From Candidatus Melainabacteria bacterium (lineage in GTDB: Bacteria > Cyanobacteriota > Vampirovibrionia > Vampirovibrionales > Vampirovibrionaceae), in contig CABHPA010000167.1 in assembly GCA_902168245.1 (NCBI GenBank), positions 1,202 through 65,201 of the forward strand: a stretch of DNA of 64,000 bases, in the 5' to 3' direction. The notes under the pieces are model-generated. The model saw nothing but the letters and a program-made list of their open reading frames with translations, had not been told where the DNA came from and did not search any database. Made by a program: the position numbers and the translations under genes. Shown in pieces: positions 49,547 through 58,862 of this stretch (the first letter of the stretch is position 1; the number at the start of each line of letters is the position of its first letter).

Positions 49547-49969
49547 GTGATGCCAAATCCCATCAAATTAATCGATATATTAAACGCCCAAATGGCGAAG
49601 GTGAATTTAGCCGGGGAGCATCTGGCATGCGCCGCATGTGAAGGCAGCGGCGAGGAAATCGCACCACATCCGGAAACCGGGCATGATTACGTGACCTGCC
49701 GGGTTTGCCTGGGTAGCGGGTATAACCAGCTTGGGCTAATTATGCTGAACCTATTAAAACCGCCGCCGGACGGCAATGGCCCGGTCGCTCTGAAAGGTAG
49801 CCTGAGCGGCCAAGTGCCCCAAACTGAAACCGTGTTGGACGAGAACCATCCAACCGAGCGGCGGAACCCGAAAAACAAAATGAAAAAGCGACAGGCCCAA
49901 AGCCAGACGTGTCCCCCCTCTGCCTGTCAGCCGCTTCAGGTTCGGCAATCAAGCCAACCGATCCAGTAA
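49547..49969 (+). CDS. zinc-ribbon (CxxC..CxxC) protein, phage-like
   Basis: ACAACEGSG..CRVCLGSG double CxxC; GTG/ATG start with GGAG RBS; immediately upstream of ERF gene. Confidence 0.5.
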   Translation: MMPNPIKLIDILNAQMAKVNLAGEHLACAACEGSGEEIAPHPETGHDYVTCRVCLGSGYNQLGLIMLNLLKPPPDGNGPVALKGSLSGQVPQTETVLDENHPTERRNPKNKMKKRQAQSQTCPPSACQPLQVRQSSQPIQ

Positions 49970-50008
49970 CCGGAACGCATCAAACCCTAACAGGAGCAAG
50001 CCGCCATT

Positions 50009-50749
50009 ATGCCAACCAAACAGTCCAGCGAAGCGATTACCGCTCCAAATAGCCTTTATAAAAAAATATTGAAGGTTCAGCAAGAAATAGACGCGGTTCC
50101 CAAGCGCGGGTTTAACGCGTTTCATAAATACCACTACGCCACCGAGGCCGATATTCTCACCGTGAAAGAAACATTGAACGCCAACGGCCTGGTGGTTCTG
50201 CCGACCACCGTACAGGAAGAAACCGGGTTCAAGCCCGACGGCAAAAGCTGGGCTTCCGTCACCCTGCTGTTCAAGGTGATAGACGTGGAAACCGGCGAAA
50301 CCGTTGAATCCCGCTTTACAGGCTATGCCGAAGACAATTTCGACAAGGCCATTTACAAGGCGACCACCGGGGCCAATAAATACTTTTACCTCAAGTTTTT
50401 CGGCATTGCGACCGAAGACGATCCGGAACGGGAAGATCACCCGCCCGCGCAACGTTCCACTTCCCCTGGCGCTAGCGGCGGCCTGAAAACGTTTACGGTC
50501 AACAAGCCGGGTCAGCAAAAGAACGCGGCGGTTCAGCCGTCCCCCACTAACCTGGCGCAAAGGCAGGAAGCCCTGGGACAAGCCAACAAGATACTGGCTT
50601 TGCAAAAGCAATATGGGCTGAGCAACGAGGAGATCCTTCGCTATGGCGAAATCGACTCGATCAAGACGCTCGCCGAAGCGGGCGACACTGATATGCTAAG
50701 CGCCGCTTATAACAAACTAGCGGATCATGTGCGCCTGTTAAAGGCGTAA
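50009..50749 (+). CDS. ERF-family single-strand annealing protein (phage recombinase)
   Basis: N-terminal LYKKILKVQQEIDAVPKRGFNAFHKYHYATEADILTVKETLNANGLVV matches ERF superfamily; followed by intrinsic terminator. Confidence 0.8.
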   Translation: MPTKQSSEAITAPNSLYKKILKVQQEIDAVPKRGFNAFHKYHYATEADILTVKETLNANGLVVLPTTVQEETGFKPDGKSWASVTLLFKVIDVETGETVESRFTGYAEDNFDKAIYKATTGANKYFYLKFFGIATEDDPEREDHPPAQRSTSPGASGGLKTFTVNKPGQQKNAAVQPSPTNLAQRQEALGQANKILALQKQYGLSNEEILRYGEIDSIKTLAEAGDTDMLSAAYNKLADHVRLLKA

Positions 50750-50788
50750 AACCGCCCAAATCAATATCTCTCCTCCAATATGATACAA

Positions 50789-50814
50789 CCCGGGCCAAGC
50801 GCCCGGTCTTTTTT
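50789..50814 (+). terminator. rho-independent terminator after ERF gene
   Basis: CCGGGC-CAAGC-GCCCGG hairpin followed by TCTTTTTTT. Confidence 0.6.
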
Positions 50815-50899
50815 TACGCATAGTCTTCGCATCATGATGGTATCAATTTAATACTTGATTATCCAACCGGATATTTTCAGGGTGATTTTGGTGATGTCG

Positions 50900-50913
50900 G
50901 GATAATATTATCC
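50900..50913. promoter_or_regulatory. perfect 14-bp palindrome GGATAATATTATCC (candidate operator)
   Basis: located in intergenic region of ERF islet, about 170 nt upstream of promoter for ORF 51196. Confidence 0.3.
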
Positions 50914-51079
50914 GGTCATGGACTCCCTCGACTCGCTATAAATCAGCGTTCACCGGAACTTTTATGCCGGATGGCGCATCTTTTAGAATGATTAGTAGGC
51001 GCACAGCCGACTTAACATTTGCAGACCGACCTGTGCATTGCCTTTCAACGGCTTTCGGCGCAAACATGCTGAATTCGCA

Positions 51080-51108
51080 TTGAAATTCCAAAAAAAATGC
51101 AGTAGATT
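51080..51108 (+). promoter_or_regulatory. sigma70-like promoter TTGAAA-N17-TAGATT upstream of orphan ORF 51196
   Basis: good -35/-10 spacing; A8 tract in spacer. Confidence 0.4.
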
Positions 51109-51195
51109 GGCATAAATCAATAGTGACGTGGTACTTTGCTTTCCCTTATTGCTTTCACGGCGACCTGTACCTTAATTATTTTGGAATATCCTTTC

Positions 51196-51600
51196 ATGAG
51201 TAGCGTTTCCTCCCTAAGCTCCAATCTGGACATTGTGCTATCAGACACGCTTGGCCACATGGTGCGTAAAATCATCGAATTGTCCAAGGCTTACAGCACC
51301 ATCGTCATTCTGTATGAGGACGACATGAGCGGCAATATCCAGGCCGCCTGGGCCGAATTAGACCGGCTTAGCCTGAAGACGAGATGCATCGGGCGGATTT
51401 TTGAGGGCATCGAGGTGCATAGTTTCGGGCTGGATGATTTCCCCCCCGGCACCGTGCTGGAATTAAACCTGCGGGAATCCAGCCTGGACAGCTCTCGCCA
51501 GGACGCGCAACGCGTCGCGTACAAAAGCCTGTTGAACGAGCTTTCCCTGTTCACCGTGAAGGTCTACGATTGCGGGACAGGCGCCATGCTGATGCAATAG
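51196..51600 (+). CDS. hypothetical protein (about 134 aa)
   Basis: ATG 51196 downstream of TTGAAA-N17-TAGATT promoter; no domain recognised. Confidence 0.4.
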   Translation: MSSVSSLSSNLDIVLSDTLGHMVRKIIELSKAYSTIVILYEDDMSGNIQAAWAELDRLSLKTRCIGRIFEGIEVHSFGLDDFPPGTVLELNLRESSLDSSRQDAQRVAYKSLLNELSLFTVKVYDCGTGAMLMQ

Positions 51601-51769
51601 GCCCAGGCGTCGCCTTTTGCTTTAAAAATGACGAATGCCGCTTTCTGATACGGTCAAGTTGTGGTATTTTCAAAAGTACCCGGCGTTTGGGACGCTTCCT
51701 GGAGGGAAAAAGCGAAGCCAACGGAAGCCACTGAAAGTCGTCGGCGTACCTGAGTTATGACTAGCGGGA

Positions 51770-52714
51770 ATGAGCAGTATGAGCGATATCTCCTATTTTG
51801 AGGGCAATTTTGTCCCGACCGAACAGGCCAACATCAGTGTTAAGAACCATTCTTTCCTGTACGGCACCTCCTTGTTCGAAGGAATCCGGGGGTACTGGCT
51901 ACCCGAAAAGGGTTGCGCCTCCATTTTTAGAATGAAAGAACATTACGAGCGCATCCTGGCCAACAGCCGTATCTTTTTTATGACCCCGGAAGCTTCGCTG
52001 GATCAGCTCATGGATCTGACCTCCGAACTGGTTCGCCAAAACGCCCACCAGCAGGATTTTTACATTCGGTTCACCCTGTATAAGTCGGGCATCAGCATCG
52101 GGCCGTTTCTGGACAAGGTGAAAACCGACTTCACCATATGGACACACCCGCTAGGCGATTACGTGAACACCAAGGACGGCCTGCATGTCACCATTTCCGC
52201 CTGGCGACGGGTGGACGACAACGCCATCCCGCCTTGCGCCAAGGCAGGCGGCGCCTACATGAACACCGCGATTATGATTACCGACGCCAAGCGCCAGGGT
52301 TTTGACGAAGTAATCGCCCTCACCCAGGAAGGCAATGTCTCCGAAGGCAGCGCCATGAACATCTTCCTGGTGCGCAAGGGCAAGCTGGTGACGCCGCCCA
52401 TCACCGAAAACATTCTGGAAGGCGTAACCCGCGACAGTATTATTACGCTTGCCCGCAACGAACTGGGCCTGGAAGTGGAGGAGCGCACCATCGACCGCAC
52501 GGAGCTGTACCGCTGCGAAGAGGCATTCTTCACTGGCACCGCCGCCCAGGTAGCCCCTATTACCCGCATCGATCACCGCTCGGTGGGCGATGGTAGCATC
52601 GGCAAAATCACCCAGGCGATTCAAAACCTGTATTTTGACGTGGTGAAAGGCAAACACCCCAAGTATATGGACTGGTGCACCCTGGTGGATCTGAAAACGC
52701 CTTCGCTGAAGTAA
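51770..52714 (+). CDS. ilvE: branched-chain amino acid aminotransferase (class IV)
   Basis: EGIRGYW.., EEAFFTGTAAQVAPI motifs; own terminator downstream. Confidence 0.9.
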   Translation: MSSMSDISYFEGNFVPTEQANISVKNHSFLYGTSLFEGIRGYWLPEKGCASIFRMKEHYERILANSRIFFMTPEASLDQLMDLTSELVRQNAHQQDFYIRFTLYKSGISIGPFLDKVKTDFTIWTHPLGDYVNTKDGLHVTISAWRRVDDNAIPPCAKAGGAYMNTAIMITDAKRQGFDEVIALTQEGNVSEGSAMNIFLVRKGKLVTPPITENILEGVTRDSIITLARNELGLEVEERTIDRTELYRCEEAFFTGTAAQVAPITRIDHRSVGDGSIGKITQAIQNLYFDVVKGKHPKYMDWCTLVDLKTPSLK

Positions 52715-52737
52715 GCCGGAACTTTTTGCTCGAAAAA

Positions 52738-52763
52738 CCGCTTCCCCGGAGGCGGTTTTTTTA
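52738..52763 (+). terminator. rho-independent terminator after ilvE
   Basis: CCGCTTCC/GGAGGCGG stem followed by TTTTTTT. Confidence 0.6.
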
Positions 52764-52816
52764 CGAGTTTATTTTCCCGCTAGAAACGCTTTGCGCGAAT
52801 TGCTATACTACAAGGT

Positions 52817-53194
52817 ATGAGCGTACACAGACATCCGCAAACGAAATTGACCGCGCTATTGCTGGCGTTGGCCGCATGGTTCGCCAGCCTGTGCCTGTTT
52901 GCCCTGCCCGCGCATGCGTGTTGTCAGCAACCCGCAAATTATCAGCAGTCATCGTCCGCCTCTCCTCCGATGATGACGGCGGCGGCCTGTTGCGAATCCC
53001 AAACGTTTATTCAGCAACCGGCATCCCAGGCTACAAACGGGCTGGATACCACCGCCATCAGCGCTGGACATGCGCTAAATCTCTCAGCGGCGTTCGATCC
53101 GCAAGCGGTTCAAACCAACCTGTCCCGGTTGGCGTTGCGCCATGTGCCGGATCAATCGGGCCGTTACCTTGAGCTTCGTATACTCCTGAATTAA
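52817..53194 (+). CDS. secreted protein with signal peptide and vicinal Cys pairs (CC..CC)
   Basis: signal peptide ..LFALPAHA then CCQQ.. and ..AACCESQ; paralogous N-terminal architecture to downstream 40-aa peptide. Confidence 0.5.
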   Translation: MSVHRHPQTKLTALLLALAAWFASLCLFALPAHACCQQPANYQQSSSASPPMMTAAACCESQTFIQQPASQATNGLDTTAISAGHALNLSAAFDPQAVQTNLSRLALRHVPDQSGRYLELRILLN

Positions 53195-53290
53195 AAAGCA
53201 CCGGCCTGGCTGGATCGCTTATGCAGTCCGGTTAGCCGCAATGCTCTGTATTCAAAACCTATGTGTATTTAATTTTCAGGAGAAATGATT

Positions 53291-53413
53291 ATGAAAAATA
53301 TGTTAGTTGCGCTGTTGTTACTGGGTTCCGTACTGGCAGGCACCGCGTTTGCCGCGCCCGCCTGCTGTCCTTCCGGCTCCTGCTGTCAGGACATGGAGCC
53401 TTGCTGCCAATAA
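53291..53413 (+). CDS. small secreted Cys-rich peptide (40 aa precursor; mature about 19 aa with three CC pairs)
   Basis: AGGAG RBS 8 nt upstream, signal peptide MKNMLVALLLLGSVLAGTAFA, mature APACCPSGSCCQDMEPCCQ, strong intrinsic terminator downstream; below 60 aa so absent from ORF track. Confidence 0.5.
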   Translation: MKNMLVALLLLGSVLAGTAFAAPACCPSGSCCQDMEPCCQ

Positions 53414-53430
53414 GCGCCTGAAAAACGCTG

Positions 53431-53471
53431 AAAGCCCCCGGTGGTTCATCACTACCGGGGGCTTTCTCTTT
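53431..53471. terminator. bidirectional intrinsic terminator between Cys-peptide gene (+) and secreted protein gene (-)
   Basis: AAAGCCCCCGGT ..loop.. ACCGGGGGCTTT flanked by A-tract upstream and TCTCTTT downstream. Confidence 0.65.
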
Positions 53472-53492
53472 AAAGATTACTTTAATCGCTTG

Positions 53493-54368
53493 CTATGCGC
53501 CGAACTGGAGCTTGGTCAACGTGGCATGTCCGTCAATCAGCAAGGTTTTTCCGCTTAGCTTCATGCTGTCTGCGGTAATCACCAGGCTGTTTTTGCCCAG
53601 GCGTTTAAAGTCTATCATTTCGTTCAGCTTGTCCTGAAACGATTGAGCCACATCCAGGGGCAACTGCAAATCGCTGCCGCCAGAAGACATGGCCATATCC
53701 GAAATGCCCAGTTGTCCGTTGCGAATACCTAGCTTGCCGGTCATTTCCAGCGGGACGGCAAGCCCCTGGGCCACCAGGCCGGTCACGTTCATCTTGATTT
53801 TATTGCCGGAGAGCAGGCTCAGGCTGGGCTTGGAAAAGGTAATCAGCTTCAGGCCGCCGGTCTGCTTCTGGATGGATTTTTCAATCTTGCTGATGGTTTT
53901 GGGGCTGGAAATAAAGCGGTTCAGCCCCGCTTCGGACAAAGCCAATTTGACCTTGGCGGTAACCGGCTGGGACAGCACAAAGGCCCGGTTGTTCAGCAAT
54001 TGCATGGTGTCGAAGGAAAACGCCGGTGCGTTCAGGGAAAGCTTGTCCACCAGCAGGTTGTCGAAGTCGCCCTCGGTAATATCGGCGGATAATCCCTGCA
54101 AGGTGCCGTTACGAAAGTCAATCCCGGCCCCGGTCAGGGTGATGCGCCCCACGGAATAATCCGAAAAGCGGCCTTTCACAATATCCAGGGAAACGGATTG
54201 CGCACTGCTGTCAGGTAAGTCCAGCGCCATAACGCCGCCCGCCTTAACTGGCGCGCGCATGACCGGGCCGCTGGGCGTTGATGAATCCGGTTGTTGCGAG
54301 AATGCAAGGGGGACGGCCAGCAAAGCCAGCGAAAGAGCGGGAAACAGATATTTTTGCGTAAAGCTCAT
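53493..54368 (-). CDS. secreted hypothetical protein (signal peptide; possibly DUF2993/LmeA-like)
   Basis: N-terminal signal peptide MSFTQKYLFPALSLALLAVPLAFS; no catalytic motif. Confidence 0.55.
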   Translation of the reverse strand: MSFTQKYLFPALSLALLAVPLAFSQQPDSSTPSGPVMRAPVKAGGVMALDLPDSSAQSVSLDIVKGRFSDYSVGRITLTGAGIDFRNGTLQGLSADITEGDFDNLLVDKLSLNAPAFSFDTMQLLNNRAFVLSQPVTAKVKLALSEAGLNRFISSPKTISKIEKSIQKQTGGLKLITFSKPSLSLLSGNKIKMNVTGLVAQGLAVPLEMTGKLGIRNGQLGISDMAMSSGGSDLQLPLDVAQSFQDKLNEMIDFKRLGKNSLVITADSMKLSGKTLLIDGHATLTKLQFGA

Positions 54369-54468
54369 GGGTCAGTTCCTCAGCTTGATGGGTTGCCTAT
54401 TTGGGGTTGTTCTACATTGCTTGGGTATATTTAAGGCTTGGCATATTAAACGGCTTAGGGTTCTGTCT

Positions 54469-55377
54469 CTACTGTTTAGGCGGGGCAAGGCCGAGCGACT
54501 TCAGGAACACCGGGTCTTTGCGCCAGTTTTCCCGCACTTTTACATTCAGGGCCAAATGCACCTTGCCTTCAATCAGGGTTTCAATCTCCTGGCGGGCCTG
54601 GCTGCCGATGGTTTTGATCATGCTCCCTTCATGCCCAATCAGAATGCCTTTTTGAGACTTTTGATCCACGTACAGGGTGGCTTCAATGCGGGTAATGTCC
54701 TCCTGGGTCTCATCGAAGCTTTCAATCCCAATCGCCACACTGTGCGGAATCTCCTCACGGGTGTTCAACAGAACCTTTTCCCGGATAATCTCGGCAGAAA
54801 TCTCCCGAATCCGCTGATCCGTTACCGCATCTTCCGGGTAATAGGCCGGGCCTTCCGGCAATTTGCGAATCACGGTCTCGGCCAGCTCCACCATATGTTT
54901 TCCGGTTTTGGCGGATACGCCCAGCATCTTGAATTTGGGGTACCCGGAGAATAAGTCGCCGTAGTGCTTGCGATGTTCCAGCAACTTGACCGGCTTGTTT
55001 TTCAATACATCGGTTTTGTTCAGCACCAGCAGCACAAACTTGCCTGTTTCCTTAATCTGGGCGGCCACCCACTCATCCCCTCTGCCGGGCGGTTGGGAGG
55101 CGTCCACTACCATCACGAACAAGTCCGCTTCCGAGAGCGCGGCCAGGCTTTCATCGGTGAGGTAGTTGCCGAGTTTATCCAGCGGCTTGGAGAAGCCGGG
55201 CGTATCCAGGAAGATGATTTGCCCTTTTTCGGTGGTGACAACGCCTTTGATGCGGTGCCGTGTGGTTTGGGCGACCGGGCTGGTAATGGCGATTTTCTGG
55301 CCGACCAGGCGATTCAGGAGCGTGGATTTGCCAACGTTGGGGCGGCCCAGCAAGGCGACGAAACCGGAGCGAAACAT
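54469..55377 (-). CDS. era: GTPase Era
   Basis: G1 GRPNVGKST, G3 DTPG, NKTD G4, C-terminal KH domain. Confidence 0.9.
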   Translation of the reverse strand: MFRSGFVALLGRPNVGKSTLLNRLVGQKIAITSPVAQTTRHRIKGVVTTEKGQIIFLDTPGFSKPLDKLGNYLTDESLAALSEADLFVMVVDASQPPGRGDEWVAAQIKETGKFVLLVLNKTDVLKNKPVKLLEHRKHYGDLFSGYPKFKMLGVSAKTGKHMVELAETVIRKLPEGPAYYPEDAVTDQRIREISAEIIREKVLLNTREEIPHSVAIGIESFDETQEDITRIEATLYVDQKSQKGILIGHEGSMIKTIGSQARQEIETLIEGKVHLALNVKVRENWRKDPVFLKSLGLAPPKQ

Positions 55378-55620
55378 AGTGTGAGAACCATTTCTAGACG
55401 TTGCGGAACGGATACTGTGGAAAAAGGAGTCCCAAAGTCAGGTTAAGAACCCTTCAACTGATGCATAAAAAACAGGGGCAGGTGGAATATTGTTATTGAG
55501 GAAACAGGATGAAGTGCGCCTGTTCTTTTACAAGGGTTTTATTATACCGCCAACAGGAAGGCGCCGCTCAAAAACAATCCTGTTCCCACAGAAACCGCGC
55601 AACCAGAAGGAGTTAACCGC

Positions 55621-56091
55621 TTGTACCGGGAATCGCCAACGGCCATCCACCGCAAAACCGAACAAGAACCCGGCCTTTTGGATAAACTGGCTGGCGCCGT
55701 GTTCCATATGGTTTATTTTACGTTGTTACCCATCATTATTACCGTGCTGGTCAACTGGGCCGTCTATTCCTTTACCGCCCATAACTTCTACCAGGCGCTC
55801 TGGATGGCCCCTACCCTGCTGCTGCTCAGCACTTTCCTGGCCGGGGCGCTGATTCGGCAGAAAATAGAGGATGCCATGGGCGGGATGGGCCTGTTTGTAC
55901 TGGGAATTATCGCCCTGGGCGTATTCGCCTATCTTACCAGCCTGGACATCCAGAAAACCGGCGGCGTCTACTCCCAGCTAATGCCACGATTCCTGCTGCC
56001 CGGCTTGGAAAGTTATGTATATATGCTGCCCGGGGTGGGCATTTTGGGCATGCTGTTCTACAAGTATTTCACGCTGAAGCATTACAGTTGA
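55621..56091 (+). CDS. hypothetical membrane protein (4 TM)
   Basis: GAAGGAG RBS 8 nt before TTG 55621; hydrophobic helices. Confidence 0.45.
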   Translation: MYRESPTAIHRKTEQEPGLLDKLAGAVFHMVYFTLLPIIITVLVNWAVYSFTAHNFYQALWMAPTLLLLSTFLAGALIRQKIEDAMGGMGLFVLGIIALGVFAYLTSLDIQKTGGVYSQLMPRFLLPGLESYVYMLPGVGILGMLFYKYFTLKHYS

Positions 56092-56183
56092 GCTTACGGA
56101 CACCTTCGCCGCTTGCCATTCGGGCTATCGGCGGCCTCGCTACAGCATCCGCAGGAGCTTCCGCTGCCCGACCGGCGGATAGG

Positions 56184-56189
56184 GTATAA
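56184..56189 (+). promoter_or_regulatory. -10 box TATAAT upstream of hypothetical gene 56226
   Basis: GGGTATAATG 37 nt upstream of ATG. Confidence 0.3.
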
Positions 56190-56225
56190 TGTTTGGATGA
56201 TGTGTGCGGATTGAAGGTGCGGACG

Positions 56226-56687
56226 ATGGATAGGGTCAACTATACCGAATTTGAAGGCGGATTCAACCAGGTGGTGCTGGAAGAGAGCTTTGTGCTGAAC
56301 CTGAAAACCACCATGAGTTTTGTGGATTTCCAGATAGAGCTGGCGATCAACGAGAATTACCCACTGTATACCCCGCCGCCGGAAAAGGACGAGGACGGGG
56401 AAGGCCCGGATTACAGCTACCGCCGGGGACGCATCTTCTTCCCCAATATGGAACAGGTGCGTTGGCAAAGCCGCATCCAGCCCTACATCGACCCGGCCAC
56501 CGGCGGCGTGGATTACGGCGCGATCGATTATTTCTACTTGGAAAACGGAACCTATTACCTGGCCGGTTACTGGGGGGAGCTGGAAATCGTCAGCGCCACG
56601 CCCCTGCTGGAAATAGACGAGCTGAAAAACCAGCCCCGCGACAACACGCCCAAACCCGCTCAAGAAGCGCAAGCGCCACAGGGATAA
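56226..56687 (+). CDS. hypothetical protein
   Basis: ATG 56226 downstream of TATAAT at 56184; acidic, Tyr/Gly-rich; no domain recognised. Confidence 0.45.
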   Translation: MDRVNYTEFEGGFNQVVLEESFVLNLKTTMSFVDFQIELAINENYPLYTPPPEKDEDGEGPDYSYRRGRIFFPNMEQVRWQSRIQPYIDPATGGVDYGAIDYFYLENGTYYLAGYWGELEIVSATPLLEIDELKNQPRDNTPKPAQEAQAPQG

Positions 56688-56693
56688 GCGCAT

Positions 56694-58235
56694 ATGGCTG
56701 CATCTGCCCTCAACGTCTGCGATGTGCTGGTCATTGGCGATGAGGTGGAAAGCATCCTCACCGCAGTATCCGCTGCGCGGGCGGGAGTTTCCGTTACACT
56801 GGCCCGGCGCAGTACCGGCAAGTTGGGCGGTTTATCGGTTCGCGGCGGGCTAAGCTACATGGACATTACCCCCGAATTCGTGACCGGGCTGTTTGAGGAA
56901 TTTCTACAGAAAACGGGCCTGGTGCGCGTGGCGCTGAACCCGGATCGGGCAAACCAGGTATTGCGGGACATGCTGGATGACGCCCAGGTGGAAGTCATCA
57001 GCGGAGTGGAAACCCGGCTTGAGACGGATGAAGAAGGTTTTCCCGAACTGGCCTTGCTGCAAAGCGAAACAGAAACCATCGACTTGGCGCCCAAAGTGGT
57101 GATTGACGCCACGCCGGATGCGGATATCGCCCGTGTGCTTGGAATTCCTTACTTAATCGGGCTGGGCGGCCTGCTGGGAGAAGATCAGAATTTTCTGGGC
57201 GTGTCGCCCGTGTTTCGCATTACAGGAGTATCCGTGCCGGAATTCCAGGCGTTTGAGGAACGGTTGCGCCGGAATCCCAACTTGCCAGAGATTCTGGAGG
57301 CGGCGCTTCCCTATCACCCGGCGGAACTACGGTCGGAATACATTACCCGACCTACCTTCGCCCCGGAGGATATGGATTACCTGGATATCCTGAACCCCGT
57401 CATCGGGATTGATTACCACATCTGGCGGCATGGGGACGCGGCCAGCTACGCCAATGCCGGTATTTTCATCGACGGCGGCAACGTTTCAAGGCTATCGGAT
57501 GGCAGCCTGGGTTTTAACGGGCTGGTGGCCAAGGCGGATGCGCTTGACTTGGACTTTGACGACCTGCTGGCCCTGTCCCAGGGCGGGCCGATTCCCGAAG
57601 AATTGCGGGTAGAAATGGCCCAGCTTGAGCGGTATCTTCAGGAAGCAGGCGGCTTTGCGAACGCAACCGTAATTCCGCCGGAAGAGATGTACGTACGACA
57701 GACGGTGACGCTATTATCCCGCGAGAACATGACCGCCCGCAAGGCGATTGAAGGCGGCGTCCCGCCGGAAAAAGCGGTCGGCACGTTCTCTTACTGGCTG
57801 GATTTAAGAGGGACGATGCTCTGGCGGCATTTTCCGGGCGAGCATTTTCCAAAGCCGGTCTTTAACGTGGGCTTGGAAGTGGCTTTGCCCCTGTTGCCCG
57901 CCTTAAGCAACGTTGCCTTTGTCGGCCGTTCCGCCGGGTATTCCCCCATTGGGCAGGGAACCGGGCGCATTGTGCAACACAATGCGCTGCTGGGAGAAGG
58001 GCTGGGCGTGGCCGCAGCGCTGGCCGTCCTGAGCCAAAACACCCTGCTGGAGATTGCGGAGACCGCCATGCCACAGGTTCAGGAAATTTTAAAAACCCGC
58101 CGCTCAGGCAAACTGGAATTTTCCGGCCAAGCCACCTGGAGCGCCGAGCAAATCAAGGCCAGCCAACTCCTACAACGGGATATGGACGCTATTACCCAAT
58201 TACGAGAGCAGGCAACGGACTTTTCGCTGTTATAA
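56694..58235 (+). CDS. FAD-dependent oxidoreductase family protein with degenerate dinucleotide-binding motif
   Basis: DVLVIGDEVESILTAVSAARAG (GxGxxG replaced by GDEVES) and KLGGLSVRGGLS resemble pfam FAD_oxidored. Confidence 0.6.
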   Translation: MAASALNVCDVLVIGDEVESILTAVSAARAGVSVTLARRSTGKLGGLSVRGGLSYMDITPEFVTGLFEEFLQKTGLVRVALNPDRANQVLRDMLDDAQVEVISGVETRLETDEEGFPELALLQSETETIDLAPKVVIDATPDADIARVLGIPYLIGLGGLLGEDQNFLGVSPVFRITGVSVPEFQAFEERLRRNPNLPEILEAALPYHPAELRSEYITRPTFAPEDMDYLDILNPVIGIDYHIWRHGDAASYANAGIFIDGGNVSRLSDGSLGFNGLVAKADALDLDFDDLLALSQGGPIPEELRVEMAQLERYLQEAGGFANATVIPPEEMYVRQTVTLLSRENMTARKAIEGGVPPEKAVGTFSYWLDLRGTMLWRHFPGEHFPKPVFNVGLEVALPLLPALSNVAFVGRSAGYSPIGQGTGRIVQHNALLGEGLGVAAALAVLSQNTLLEIAETAMPQVQEILKTRRSGKLEFSGQATWSAEQIKASQLLQRDMDAITQLREQATDFSLL

Positions 58236-58285
58236 ATCCGGTTATAAAGCCCGCTATGAACGGTCAGTTACGGCAAATAATCTGA

Positions 58286-58666
58286 CTAAACAGGCAGCAA
58301 GGCCGGTTTGTTGTCAGCGGGTCGGTTGGTATCCCGATCCACGAAAACCAACTTGGGTTTCCAGGCAGCCGCTTCCGGTTGGGGAATCATGGCGTAGGCG
58401 GCGATAATAATCAGATCCCCAGTGCCAGCCTTGTGCGCCGCCGCTCCGTTCACCTGGATAATGCCGGTATTCGGCTCGCCCACAATGGCGTAAGTGGTAA
58501 ACCGTTCGCCGTTGGTAATGTTGTAAATATCGATTTGCTGGTATTCGCTCAGCCCGGCCAGTTCCATCAGGTGTTTATCGATGGTAAGGCTGCCTTCGTA
58601 GTGAAGTTGGGCGTCGGTGACGGTGGCCCGGTGGATTTTAGAGTACAGGACGGTAATCTGGGTCAT
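58286..58666 (-). CDS. panD: aspartate 1-decarboxylase
   Basis: [21 protein letters not shown] with pyruvoyl Gly-Ser cleavage site (YEGS), NGAAAH; start at ATG 58666. Confidence 0.85.
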   Translation of the reverse strand: MTQITVLYSKIHRATVTDAQLHYEGSLTIDKHLMELAGLSEYQQIDIYNITNGERFTTYAIVGEPNTGIIQVNGAAAHKAGTGDLIIIAAYAMIPQPEAAAWKPKLVFVDRDTNRPADNKPALLPV

Positions 58667-58808
58667 GGGAATGCGCCTTCCGCTTAGGCTGTCTGTAGGG
58701 GTTGTCTTGGGGGACATGGATATTCTTGCATAAGGGGCCGTTTTTCATCAACCACAAGCGCCCGCCCTGCAACTGCATGAAGAGAAAGGCGTTTTTTGGC
58801 CGGGGTTC

Positions 58809-58817
58809 TGGTAGAAT
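58809..58817 (+). promoter_or_regulatory. extended -10 element TGgTAGAAT upstream of ylqD-rimM-trmD
   Basis: TCTGGTAGAATGG about 45 nt upstream of ylqD ATG. Confidence 0.4.
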
Positions 58818-58862
58818 GGCAAAACAGCTTTAGACGCTTCATCAAAAGGAATTGTTAAATCA

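Larger units (their letters stand above)
48648..51600. mobile_element. low-GC islet with phage-derived recombination module (Zn-ribbon protein + ERF single-strand annealing protein) and 900 nt ORF-poor region; likely prophage remnant/integrated element
   Basis: GC drop relative to flanks, ERF-family protein, no integrase seen, boundaries approximate. Confidence 0.4.
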
